DNA of 64,000 bases, from NCBI RefSeq assembly GCF_026571515.1, contig NW_026856539.1, forward strand, positions 1 through 64,000, written 5' to 3'. Both the position numbers and the translations under genes were made by a program. Source of the stretch: Ruditapes philippinarum (taxonomy: Eukaryota). This document shows positions 51,395 through 64,000 of this stretch, piece after piece. Every line of letters starts with the position of its first letter. Positions within the stretch are counted from its first letter, which is position 1. The notes under the pieces were generated by a model. That model was not told the DNA's origin. It was given only the letters and a program-made list of their open reading frames with translations, and made no database searches.

Positions 51395-54300
51395 ATGGAG
51401 TATGGCCTAAAGAAGTTTTGGGCGCGTCTGCGACTTATGCAGTATATTTTGGCAATTATGCTGTTGAATAATGAAGTTACGGCGGTCAATCATGTCATAT
51501 CAAAATTGACAAGAGTGTCGTCTTTGGATGACAAAATATGTGTGACTAAAGATTTAATATTTTCTTCAAATTTTGGAATGTTGAACAGATGTCTGTTAAT
51601 GTGTATAAATGAGACAAAGTGTCTATCTGTTTTTTATAATCAGATAGACGGCAAATGTCGCGGATGTGCAGAGATTTATTCATCTCCGGGCGGGCTGATT
51701 TCATTCACTGGATTTATATATTTTCAAAAAGAACCTAAAAGTAAGAACTTATTATAACTTTTAAAACAGCTAAATGTACAGTGTTTATATAGTCTATATC
51801 ATATCAGAATTTTATATATCACAAAATCATATCTAGCCGTTAACAGGTGAGTATCAACATATAACATTGAACAAATCAGCATTTTTTTACATTTTCCTTT
51901 TATACTAGTACATTGTAACAAACAACCAAAGTCAGGGCTTATTATAATGAACACTGTATTGTGTCTGGTAGTAGTGAACGTCTTATCGGCTGCCAAAACA
52001 AAGGATCATTATAATTTTAAGATTATACGTTAAACTGCCAATCACGAGAAGGGACAATATTACAATTTTAAATAATCTACTTACTGTTTATTTTTCAAAT
52101 ACGTACTGTACGACATTTCATTCTAGTAGGATACTACATTATGATAAGTTAAATATAGATATCTTAAAGATGACATCTATGTAATATCCTAATACTGCTT
52201 TCTTCTTTTATAGTTTAGATACACATTTTTCTTAAGACAATACTTTTACTTACATGGATTGGGCAATTATTTGTACCTTTTAACACTCTTTCATTAGCAG
52301 TCTGTGAAGAATCTGGTTCGTGGACGGCCTACAAAGAGTCGTGCTACATGTCAAGTCCGAGTGGTACCTTCCAGCAAGGAGTGGTATGATTCAATTTGTT
52401 TCATATTTGAGCCGCGTCATGACAAAACCAACATAATGGGTTTGCGACTAGAATGGATCCAGACCAGCCTGCGCATCCGCGCAGTCTGATCAGGATCCAT
52501 GCTGTTCGCTATCAGTTTCTCTACTTGTTATAGGGTGTGTAAGCGAACAGCATGGATCCTGATCAGACTGCGTGGATGCGCAGGCTGGTCTGGTTCCATG
52601 CTGGTCGCAAACGCACTATGTTAGTTTTGTCATTGCGCGCTCATTTGCTTTTCTTCTTTGCCAGTACATTGTATGATAATAATATATTGATAATAATTTA
52701 TTAAAGTGTTTTACGTAATATGATTATAAACGCGATATACCTAGAACAATTTACTTTGAATAATGTAAAAAAATAATTATAGAGACCTGTTTTTGTATGT
52801 GACTTTATATTAAGACATTTGTTAGTATTTACAATAATAAGTCAGGGCCTGCGTTAGCTAATTGGGAAAAGGCCCCTGGCATAAATTGGGAAATAAAAAT
52901 ATTCGGCATGTTGGGAAATTTGTGAAATTTTGAGAAAATGATAACTTCCTAATACATGACTTGTAAATTTTGAGCATTTGTCAAATCATGAAACATGTTA
53001 CTTTAAGAAACATGCCAAAATAGTTCAAATTTTCTCACAAGTTTAAACAGTTTGATAGTTTTGCGCTTCAACAGTTGGAATTCTTTTTCAAATTGGGAAA
53101 AAGAGGCTATTTTGGATAAGGAATGGGTCTTTTGTGTATTTTGATTACTAAATACGCATTAATACATTTTGTATTAGAAATGCAATACTGATATGTACTA
53201 ATCGTTGCAAAACGTTTGCTTCTTATATATTATGATTGCTATATCTTATTATTTCTTTGGGTTTTTTGTTTGTTTTATTCATTGCTGTAAATTTTTCTGG
53301 TGTTTCGGAATCATTGATAACACCACGTTAAGAGCTGTGGATAGAATACCTTTGAAAGCGGTGCTGGGGGCATGACAGGAGTTGTATTTGGTATTATTTC
53401 TCACAGCAAAACTCAATTATTCTGCGATTTTAGCTAAATATTTCTTTTATTCTTGCTCCCTCTTTTAAAATATTTTAAGTCAGGTCATATGGGGGCTTTT
53501 TCAGAACCCAAGCCATGTAATTAGAACGGCTCGCTTACTTTACGTAGAAAAGCTTACTCAAAAAAATCTGACACTTTCTGCAAGAAATATTAAATATTAG
53601 ATAGATACATGTGCATTGTTTATTGTATTTATTTTGATAAGTAGTGTCATTTAACACAGGATTATTGTCAGACGAACGGAGCACACCCTGTGTATGTAGA
53701 GACTTCTGACGAAAATGAGTTTCTAAAGACCTTTCTAGCAGAACAGGGTAAGTTTGGTTAAATATTATTCTTTTAAAGTATTCAGGAAATCACGTAAAAA
53801 ATCGTTAAATGATACCTATATGCACGAAAGCCTTCATGTTGTAACTTTACTTTCTATTGAAGTAATACATCACCGTCTGTATTCATGGTTAAAACACAGA
53901 CGCTTGGGGGTCAGATCCTGCCCCCCAACGTGATACGCCCCTGTAAACACTCTACCAAAACTATTTTAATATTTAAACACGAATTGTACATCTGTTACAA
54001 CGATAAAAATGGTTTTCGAACAATTTTTACGTATATGAAAAAAAATACCGTATACCATCAAGTCTCAATACTTTATTGAGACTTGATGGTATACGGTATT
54101 TTTTTCATATACGTTAAAATTGTTTGAAAACCATTTTTATCGTTGTAACAGATGTACAATTCGTGTTTAAATATTAAAATAGTTTTGGTAGAGTGTTTAC
54201 AGGGGCGTATCACGTGGGGGGGGGGGGGCAGGATCTGACCCCCAAGCGTCTGTGGGTTAAAATACCCGGTAAAAAATGACGCTCTGCAATTTGTCCAAAT

Positions 54301-55494
54301 GCATGTTAAAATACAGAATTGTAACGATTAATTTGTTTAACTGGTTTAATTTCCCATTTTTATGTATTAGTAAAAATATTATTGTAATGCTGTAACGTTA
54401 AGAGGGATGTTAATTGGTGTTTTAAAAGGATGTTGTTACTATAAAATTCAATATTTGATTAGTGTTAGTTACTTTGTATTGATTATATGATAACAAACTA
54501 ATGAGTATAAAATTATTTGCTTTAAGATTCAATAACTGAATAATAGAAGATCAATATTTTTACAATGTTTTACACCCTTGGAGTAAATTTAATGTGTGCA
54601 CGTGGGTGGGGGACTTTGGTCGGGGGTATATATTGAATCTTCTTTGAAGCTACACTTTGATTGTGTTAACGATCATCTGTTCATAGTAACATCTTTTATG
54701 CAAACAGTGCTGTATATTGAGTGGGTCTTATTAAAAGCAATTCCGTTTGATATTTCAAAATACAAAATGTAAGTGAAAGTGTCTGTAAATTTTATCACCT
54801 TTAAACATAAAATATAAAGATTCAAAGTTGTAATATTCATCATTGGATATGGGGAAAAAATAAACAAAAAAACAAAGAACGAAACACACACACAAAAACA
54901 AAGAACAAAACAGCACGCTCATGTTTATTGCAACTAGGAAATGACCGAGGATTTTAGGTCCTTGCCATGGCAAATCGTACGAAATATATCGAATCGGTCT
55001 TGGCTACGGCTTGACAGCGAGGTGTTCTAAATGATCAAGAATTTCTAAATGGGACTTGAAACTATATAACTATTATTTAACGATACATTTTCTTTGTACG
55101 ATAAAGGACAGGCAGTTATTTCTGGAAATCAAAAAAGCGCAATTTATCTTGTACATTGTATTTTTCTACAAATATTGAATTTCTATCCAATTGAAAACTA
55201 TCCAAAAAGTTAATAAACGACATATTTTTATTTTTAGTTTCGAACAATGGTTTATGGTTCATGGGAATGAGCGACAGTACTAAACAAGGGGAGTGGAGAT
55301 ATTGGGGTACTAATGAAATAGTGACGTTCCTAGACTTCTTCCACTCAGAACCGAATGATGATGGGTCTAATTCCCAGCAATGCGCTGTTTTTGTGCAACC
55401 GTACCGTTTTAACTACCAATGGGCGGACCATTTCTGTACTGACATTTCTCCAACTGTTTGTGAAAAATCCTGCTGTGAAACCATATATACATAA
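51395..55494 (+). CDS. Secreted PAN/apple-like plus C-type lectin domain protein (perlucin-like, ~257 aa)
   Basis: Exons 51395-51740, 52301-52383, 53660-53747, 55238-55494 in phase. CLLMCINETKCLSVFYNQIDGKC; W..YKESCY, YC..NGAHPV.VETSDENEFL, WFMGMSD..QGEWRY, EPN, C, WAD..C, VCEK. Confidence 0.88.
52408..52643. mobile_element. Palindromic TGAG..CTCA MITE, full length, 25 bp after the lectin exon-2 donor
   Basis: Same family as 41076. Confidence 0.92.
53895..54254. mobile_element. Foldback MITE (360-bp palindrome, 3-nt loop) with 8-bp TSD; hAT- or P-like
   Basis: GGTTAAAA at 53887-53894 and 54255-54262; CACAGACG..CGTCTGTG termini; centre CAATA-CTT-TATTG. Confidence 0.9.
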
Positions 55495-56293
55495 TTATAG
55501 TATATGATACAGAAACCTCATAAATAACGTACTATTAATAACGTCTTCTGTGTCATGTATCACAAGAACTGATATAGATGATGGTATATCACGTGACGAA
55601 CACGACTTTATTTGCTAGGTACATATGTGTATTTAACAATGGTAAAACAAACATTTATACAAGTAACACAGAATCTCCAGCTTCTTTAGATTATTATTAA
55701 TGAAGAACGTAACGGTGATATAAATTCATCTATAACATTCACCGAACACTTGATCAACTAGTATAGGCAGCTTTTGTTGTAAGTATCATTTATGAAGAGG
55801 ACATAATAATGTTTGATCAAATCAAACATACATTGTAACTGTATAATTTCCTGTTCGAATAATAAGTAACAATGAGAAAAAATAACAACGACAACAGCAG
55901 CAGCAGCAGCAGCAACAACAACAACGAAAAATCAAACAAACGAACATGACACGGAAATGTTGTATATTGTTAAACATGCTTACATAAATGGTGTGAAGTT
56001 CAAGGCTGAAGATATATCAGTAAACAATACTAATTTATTTAAATTATTTGCCACCAAAATATAATAATGGTCATTAATAAAACCTGTGGATTTAAGAAAG
56101 GAATAGTGATCAAAATCAACAGTGTACTCAGCAAGTTTTAATGATGTATTGGTTATCTGGAAAACAAGCACATACCCTGCTCTTGTCATATGTAGCTTCG
56201 AAATAACGTTAATTATTTTATTTTGTTCCTTTAATTCAACACGTTAACAGGTCATCAAAGTTGTTACAATGTAACATCAAACATAGTTTCACT

Positions 56294-57172
56294 CTATAAA
56301 TCATTAAAAATTGAATCAAAATCATCATCAATTTCCTTTTCAATATCTTCAATATTCATCCCTTGGGTGAAATATTCTAATGATAAAGCTTTTGACACAG
56401 AGAGGCGACTGTCAGGTTTAAAAGCAAGAAGTCCACGGACAATGTCTAAATAGTCCTGGTCAAAATACAAAAAGCGTTCCTCACTCTTTCGCAATTCGAA
56501 GGACCGCACAGAACGCATTTTCTTTATATATTTGGCGATTTTTGTCTGATCAACTTCACCAAAAGGAAATCGTCCAGTGAGCATGATAAACAAAACAATT
56601 CCGATACTCCATTCGTCAATTGCCCGGATGTCGTAGGTGTCGTCTGCTGTGGCACAAAATATTTCCGGTGGCAAATATTCTGGTGTTGTTGCTATGTAAG
56701 CGAAATCATCGTAGGTTGCCTCTGAAACTCTGAGTGCAGACCCAAAATCAATGATCTTTATGTCTCCTGTTGTATCGATCAACATATTTTCAAGTTTCAG
56801 GTCACAATGAGCAATTTCTCGGTTATGCATATGTTCAACAGCTGACAGAATTTGCTTGCTATATTTTCGCCTTTTTTCAGCCGACACAGGCCAATTACGG
56901 ATGATATAATCATGTAGATCCCCTTCAGGTAATCTCTCTATTGCCATGGTAACTATTCTGTTACACGCTATACAATCAAACACTTTCACGATGTTTGGAT
57001 GCTCGAGGGTTCTTAGTATTTCATACTCTTTGAGGAGACCATCACAAAACTTTCCATCTGTCACTTTGCAAGCGTTTATTTTACCATGACATTCAGCTTG
57101 ATAAACGGACGAAGTGCCGCCATGACCAATTCGTCCGTTAAAAACATAGTTGCCAACGACCTTGCCCGTCAT
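56294..57172 (-). CDS. Ser/Thr protein kinase (CAMK-group/TSSK-like), catalytic domain in one exon, non-RD
   Basis: IGHGGTSSVY, ACKV, KEYEIL, LEHPNIV, HCDLKLEN, IKIIDFG, YLPPE, DEWSIG, TGRFPF, PDSRL. A splice acceptor at 57221 followed by 16 open in-frame codons suggests an upstream exon. Confidence 0.9.
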   Translation of the reverse strand: MTGKVVGNYVFNGRIGHGGTSSVYQAECHGKINACKVTDGKFCDGLLKEYEILRTLEHPNIVKVFDCIACNRIVTMAIERLPEGDLHDYIIRNWPVSAEKRRKYSKQILSAVEHMHNREIAHCDLKLENMLIDTTGDIKIIDFGSALRVSEATYDDFAYIATTPEYLPPEIFCATADDTYDIRAIDEWSIGIVLFIMLTGRFPFGEVDQTKIAKYIKKMRSVRSFELRKSEERFLYFDQDYLDIVRGLLAFKPDSRLSVSKALSLEYFTQGMNIEDIEKEIDDDFDSIFNDL

Positions 57173-59202
57173 CCGTTCTTTTCGCCATTTTTTGCCCTTT
57201 GGTTTCTGTCGATCATTGTTCTGGGAAAAGAAAACTTTTTATTTAATCTTTTTTTAGCTGATGATATTTGATAAATCTTGCCCAATGAACTACTGATAGA
57301 TGATAAATACACATAGATATGGTAGGATACAAATCGAAGACTTTGTCGCCAAACTTATATATTTTTTCTATTTTTTTCCTTTATTTAAAGAAGGTAACAC
57401 ATGAAGATATAGCATCGTAGGAAACAAATAACAAATCTTAATTTAAAATGTGGCCTTTTAAACAATATATAAATACACAAAACATCATGATATGTTAACT
57501 AAACTCATAACTGACCAAAGTCTCAATATTTGATATTCACTAAGTAAAACAATGAACAATATATAAATATATTAATTATGGCCGCCAACACGCAAAGTAT
57601 GTAATGTCGAATGCCAACTTCCGGTGGAATATTTAAACATAGAATACCAAAAAAATACTCTTAAGTTTAAACTATAATATACATTAATACATTTGACAGA
57701 AAGTCGGCAGTTGTTTATAATTACGTACTTTATAGCGCATTTTATAATTTCTGGTTAAATTCTATGTACTATTTGTAAATTAGATATAAAAATCACTGAT
57801 GATAATAGAAATAAATAACTCAAACAAGCAAAAAGAAACAAGTTTAACAAATATGGATTGATCTTTATTTTTTATCGAAATTATGTTTAACATAATAAAA
57901 TTTCTTTGAAAGAATACCTACCAAAAACGTATTCACATCATCCAAGTCCATTATTTATAAACAGAATAAAGATAAATGTATGACACTAGTTTTTGTCGCG
58001 CCTTACTTACCAACTACTTCAGTAACTTCCGGCCACAGGGGTTGAAATGTGGTGACGTATATAATGTAAGTTATAGACGATTCAAGTGGGTGTAAATCTC
58101 AGCCTTTAGAACGTGTGACTAATATAGATGATGGAATGTACGTTAACCACGTTTTAATGATATTGTCTAGAAAGCACTTTTTTGTTACTTTAAATATCTA
58201 TTTGTAAAAAAGAAAAGACATGTTGAGAGTTTGGATAAGGAGTTTGACTTACATAAAAGAACTTTTGTTCTGTCTGCATTGCCAATAGTCTGACATATTT
58301 GAAAAAAGAAAAACTTGTAGAATTTTGAAGAAACCTTAAATTCATTCAAAAATTAAATTGTTTTAATATACGATAAAACAAGTTACCTTTAGTGATAGTG
58401 ATATACCGGTATTTTATCTTTGTAATATGAAAACAGAGAAATAAATGTAGCCTTATCGATATACTTCGCCGATATTAAATTCGGAATTGAAAACGGTTAT
58501 CGCGTGCTAATGATTGAGTAAACAGGCACAGTTATTTGATTTTGATTTTTAACTGCTTTTCGAATGTTTAAAACTATTAAAATTCGTTTGTATCAGTTGT
58601 AGGCAGATTGAACACTGTTTCATAGAAATTATTTTAATTTCCTTTTGTTATAGAATATAATAACATATTTTAGCAACAAAAATGGTGTGTCTTTCACGTA
58701 CATGTATTATGTATTTTCTAGTTATCTGCCTTCCAATTTCAAAAGTTTTATTCCAATAGCAGATAATTAAATTAGTCTAAAATATAGTTTATTATTCACT
58801 TTGGTTTATGTTTGTCATTTAATTCGTGGTCACAGTATAAAATTTCACGGAATTCTATAAAATATTTATTGTTCCTTAACTTCCAAGGAACATTCCGCGT
58901 GTAACCGTTGACCATTGGATGGTACCGACCGATCGGATAAACAAACGATCAAACGCATTTATACATGTATTTTATACATTGACATTCTTTCATTCGTTCG
59001 TCCGTCTGTCAGTGCCAACATCAAATGGTTTATTCACTTCATTCCGTCCATAACCACGGTGAAATAGAAGGACAGCACATTTGTTTAAGATAAAAAAAAT
59101 CCTATAATTTATGTGGAAAAATGCAAAGAAAAAAACAATAAGAATAAAATAAATAATCAATACATTGTAAAAAGATAAATAAATAAATAGAAGAAAGAGT
59201 CC

Positions 59203-59335
59203 NNNNNNNNNNNNNNNNNNNNNNNNNNNNNNNNNNNNNNNNNNNNNNNNNNNNNNNNNNNNNNNNNNNNNNNNNNNNNNNNNNNNNNNNNNNNNNNNNN
59301 NNNNNNNNNNNNNNNNNNNNNNNNNNNNNNNNNNN
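59203..59335. other. Assembly gap (133 N)
   Basis: Run of N. Confidence 1.
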
Positions 59336-59597
59336 CTATTGTAATGAGAACTGCACAATGATATGATAATATGGAAGATAAGGAAACGACATATTCTTGA
59401 CGTAAATGTCTGACAAGTAATGTTGCCGCTGTTTCCCCCTTCACATTATTGAATACAGTATATACAATGTATATATCACTGTCCTTTTCAGGAAATTTGT
59501 ATCGGAAATAAATTTCAATTGCATGTCAACATATATATACATGTTATTAAGATAAAGTGGATCTTTGTGAAATATTTCCTCCTTATAATAAATTTAA

Positions 59598-59785
59598 CCC
59601 TTACACCGCTAAATTTCTAAAATTGACGTGTCCACCTTTTAATCTGGACGGCACCATTGAGCATTTTAGGGATAATTTCAAAATAGATAATGACTGCAAA
59701 CCATGATCAGACGGCAAAGATGACCTTAATCTGTCGTCTGCACTAGTTACATGTTTATATTCAGCGTTCGCCAGTCGTGTTAGGG
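59598..59785. mobile_element. piggyBac-like MITE, decayed; related left end at 46465
   Basis: TTAA|CCCTTACAC ... GTGTTAGGG|ATAA. Confidence 0.55.
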
Positions 59786-60910
59786 ATAATATTTTTAAGT
59801 ATCGTCATCTGATTTTTGATATGACCATTTTCTTATACCTTTGTCATATGTCATGAATTTAGTTTTCGGAAACAAATTAGAGGAACTCCGTTGATGTCGA
59901 AAACCCTTAAAATTTGAATTTCTTACTAATATCAGCTGGGGCACTTATAACAAGATAATAAATAAATATAAATGAAAATCGTATTTTTGTGCTATTCTCA
60001 GGTTCATTTTTCGCAAAAATTAATCCCGAAACATTATTGCAAGCCATGTCATGTCAAAATACCTCAGTGCAGTCCCTTTAAAAGATTTCAATACGAAATT
60101 CACATCACTTAATCAATTATACTATAAGACAATTGTAGACATGATAGTTCTGGCTTCCAAAACTTTGTAAGCCACTTTTTTAACATTTTTGTTTTTCATC
60201 TGTTCACGTCATGTCATAGTATATACACGGGTGCGCTGAAGACCTTAAGCTATATATACATGGGAATGTATGTAGTTGTCCTGTTACTTTCATAATCTTC
60301 CCAAACAAAATATTCACACGATTTAGGCTTATTAACCCCGTAACAATATTCAAACAAACTCCTCGCAGCGGTTACTTCCCCTGACAAGACCAACCACACT
60401 ACATTCAAAGTTTCGCCCCGCCATCTTTGCCGTCTTTGTCCAACAAGCAATATGTATATGGTAATTTTGATCCCAAACTACACAACCAGGTAAAACAAAA
60501 TACATTTTCTCAGCGACGAAGGGATACTTTGGTCTAGGACCTTACCTATATGTAGAAAAACAGCTTTCGGGTCTTTACCAATCAACGTGTCCTTGGTGGA
60601 AATTTCAGGCAAGCTCCAAATCTTCTGCCGATGCCCTGCAAATTCTCTACGACGTAGGATAGAAAGAAATGTGGCAGAAGAAGTTATTTACTATTACAAT
60701 CGCATCCTCTCGGTTCTTTCCTGTAATTTTCGGATTTGTATTAATTATATAAAATGATTTATTTGTAGTGGGCAATGTCTCCAGGATAAAACCATTTCTA
60801 CTGCTGCTGCTATTGCTACAATGTAGCTCTCTACTATTGTTACTACCGACACTATACAGTATGGTTTAGCATTTTTGTATTATTCGTATGCTGTTCCTTG
60901 CTGTATTATT

Positions 60911-62580
60911 CAGGGGCGTTACTATTTTGATAAGTACTCCTTAACTATGGGGGGTTCGGGGGCATGCTCCCCCAAGAAAATTTTCGAAAGAGGAAGCGAT
61001 ATCCTGGCATTTCGTGACTGTCTAGATGCTATATTGACAACATATTGGTGATGATTTCAAACTATTTTATTAATTTTAAAATACAAAAAAAAATGTATGT
61101 AAAATGAACAAGTACGTTACATATACAATAAAACCGTTTTTTATATTTATAATCGAATTTTTTGGCATTAAAAAGTTATTTTGCGACCTTCAAACTGATG
61201 TTATGGCAACAAATCTCTCGTATTCAGTAAATCTTAATCGCTAGACGTCTGTTTCGTTGGTATGCCAGCTTGTCTACTCGGCATTCACTACCCTATCTTT
61301 ATAAACATTTATGAGGCCTAGACCAGACATACGCTCAGTCTCCAACGTACGTACTTCTGACGTTTTAGGTCAGTTGTTGCCGTTGACAGACAATGCCTCA
61401 TGTTTGGGTACAGAGCCTTGCTTTCTTAAGAAAAGATGGGGCCGCTGGACGGCAATTGTCAAGTTCAGGTTATTCCATCACATAAGTCACAGCTAACACT
61501 CGGAAAAAATGCGAGGTACAATGCCCCAATGCTCTCTCAGGAAAGAATGTCATACTGCACCTTCATAAGTAGCAACTGTTGTAACAATGTATTAATTTAA
61601 GAATGATAATAGCGTGAACATTGTGACTTATTTGGCTTGTAAAATATTTCATTACATTACAATATATCAAAAATACCGCGACATATTACACGCTAAGATA
61701 TGTCAAAATTAATAATCGTTGCGTAAAACATAGATTATTTGGAGTTAAATATATAACTCACGTGAATACATTAAAGGATTCATTTAAGATATTTTGTTAT
61801 AAAGTAAATTCATTAGCAGATATACGACTTTAATAATGTAACTTGCTTGATGACTCATCGCAATGTTTTGATGACCACAAAGAATAATAATCTCAACAAC
61901 TAATATTAGAATCTGGCATTCTTTTAAATAAATGCATAAAATTGTACACTCTTTGTCTTTTTCTGCCTTTTCGGCACGGCCAAGTAATTCTCTGCAGTAA
62001 TCAAATGATAGAAACGCCATTGAGAAATAACATCAATTTGTTACTTGTTTTCTAGGTAAAAGATGAGAACAAAAATCAAACATACAAGGCGACGTTGGCA
62101 GATAGCAGCCCCTACACAATCCAGCCCCACCAGCAGGGCACCCAGAAGGAAGGCACCAAACCAAAAGCAGAAGAGGGAGAAAGGGCCGATACGGGAAATA
62201 AGGAGGAAAAAAATACTGCGGGCGACCTGCTAGCCGAATAAGAAGCACGGTGCGCAAAACATGCCGCCAATGCTTGGTGGAATATCTCCGCCAAGAATGG
62301 GTCCTGAACCAGGCACATTAAGCTTTTCGTCACTTATCTCCGCTGAATCTGTATAAGATATTGCAATATAGATCATTTTAAAAGATGTATGTTATGATTT
62401 TTTTATATAATGATAAAGTCGAAAGAGTCAGATCGAAGGCCTATACAAATATATGTGCCCGACCACACTACCCCCTCTGTTTTTATCACTTTTTTAGAAC
62501 TTTTAGCGCATGTATTTTTTTAGAATAAAGGATTGATTTGTACACACGGGCGTACAGGAGTACGCCTAGTTAAGCCCCTG
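60911..62580 (-). mobile_element. Internally deleted hAT transposon with transposase remnants
   Basis: TIR CAGGGGCGTTACTA / TAGTTAAGCCCCTG; 6/8 matching flanks. Minus strand QILILVVEIIILCGHQNIAM (DUF4371/THAP12-type CG.QNIAL) near 61860-61915 and TLETERMSGLGLINVYKD..NRRL (hAT dimerisation domain) near 61240-61350. Confidence 0.82.
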
Positions 62581-64000
62581 TTATTATACTTCACCTAGAT
62601 AGAGATGTGTACACGTGTATATGCAAAATAATAATTTCTTAACTTGTACAATCTTATTTTATTTGTGAAATAAAATTAACAATATATTACAAAAAAACAA
62701 CCCAAAAAACATTGTACCTGTTTATACACATGTGAATATAAATAATTTCTATTAATTAACCCACTAATTGCTTTTTATGCCAACTAAAAAATAAAATGGT
62801 TTAACATAATGTACTTGGTCCGTCAAGAAGTATGTACATATATGTATATTGTCAATTTTCAGACCTTTTTCTCAAACAATTAACAATACCACATTGAAAA
62901 CACTTAGGTCTTAAATTGCATACGGTATCACAAGGTCAAAATGTGATATGCTTTAAAACTCAATTTCTTCCTAATATTCTAACACCGTTTTGCTTCATAA
63001 CTTTATAATATTTCAGCATTACTAGAATACGGCCACTCATGCCTATACGATGAATATAAAAACGTGTTATTTATAGCATTAATTGTGACTTAAAATAGGT
63101 AAGCAAAACTAAACCTGAACTACAATTACATAACACCAATCAATGGCTATTAACATACTTTCTTCTAGTAAATCAAAGATTCATAGATTTTGTTTTCAAA
63201 CATGTTCTTATTCATTTCACAATTTGTCATTGAGGACTTCAAATGTGCAAATGTATTTATAAACCTACATACCAATATACACGGTGCTTATATATGATGT
63301 ATTTTATATGATATACAGTAGACAGTATTCAGTATTTTCCGTAATGTTCATGTAAACCACGAGAGAATGCCCCCACCCCCACATATATTCATCATGAATA
63401 TTTTTATAACAATATCCCACAATGGTCCACGTGATTATCATAATGCCGGGCAATATCCTACATTGTATTATGGCCGTACACTGGTCATGTGAAGTGAAAC
63501 CTCGTGTCAAGTTCCCTTTCTAACGACAGTAAATTTTTCTTTCGTTTCAATGTTTATTTTCTCCATTCTCGGGAACACAACTCGATACCTAAAATAATAC
63601 ATGTATATACACAGATCAACTCATAATTTGCATCATGATTATTAAGAAATATAATTATAGCATTATAAACAGAATATTATAACTATTAAAAGTTACATTT
63701 TCATAAAACCAGTACACGCCGTGTAATACATTTATGGATAAAATCACGTGAACACGTGCGGGCTTGTTGCACGTTTACAAAACATAATATAACTGACTGC
63801 AATAACACCCCGTTAATTTCATTATCAAAACATATCACATGCACAATCAAGGAACTGAAATCTTTATACAAAAACAATTACTGAGATATGAAATAACCGT
63901 AACACATGTATAAGTTTATGCAATAATAACGTTCATGCATTTTTTTGCATTTTTGCCTTCGGACTTATTAAATCCCTGCGGGCTCGGACTTTCAATCAAT

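Noticed and set aside
58990-59444. ORFs of 122 and 95 aa
   Set aside because: Artefacts of translating through the N gap.

Overview
AT-rich, intron-rich animal genomic DNA, not prokaryotic. The repeat content (palindromic ~235-bp TGAG..CTCA MITE, bivalve-type tRNA-headed SINEs, Helentron-like satellite carriers) and a PAN+C-type lectin gene suggest a bivalve mollusc, possibly a venerid clam (inference). Layout: 1-3.2 kb, a decayed Maverick/Polinton relic (capsid, packaging ATPase, protein-primed PolB). 3.3-11.8 kb, a TE graveyard (TSD-less hairpin elements, satellite carrier, LINE 3' end, spliced orphan ORF). 11.8-22.1 kb, a five-unit ~1.8-kb tandem array bounded by MITEs, whose core diverges with a codon-position bias. 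22.8-46.1 kb, two head-to-head lachesin/IgLON-like GPI-type Ig genes, the minus one with a triplicated third Ig module (5 Ig domains). 48-57 kb, an SLC10 transporter, a PAN/C-type lectin and a non-RD Ser/Thr kinase. 59.2 kb, an assembly gap. 60.9-62.6 kb, a hAT relic. Gene models were built by hand from GT-AG sites and phase compatibility. Family names come from recalled motif consensus; no database search was run.
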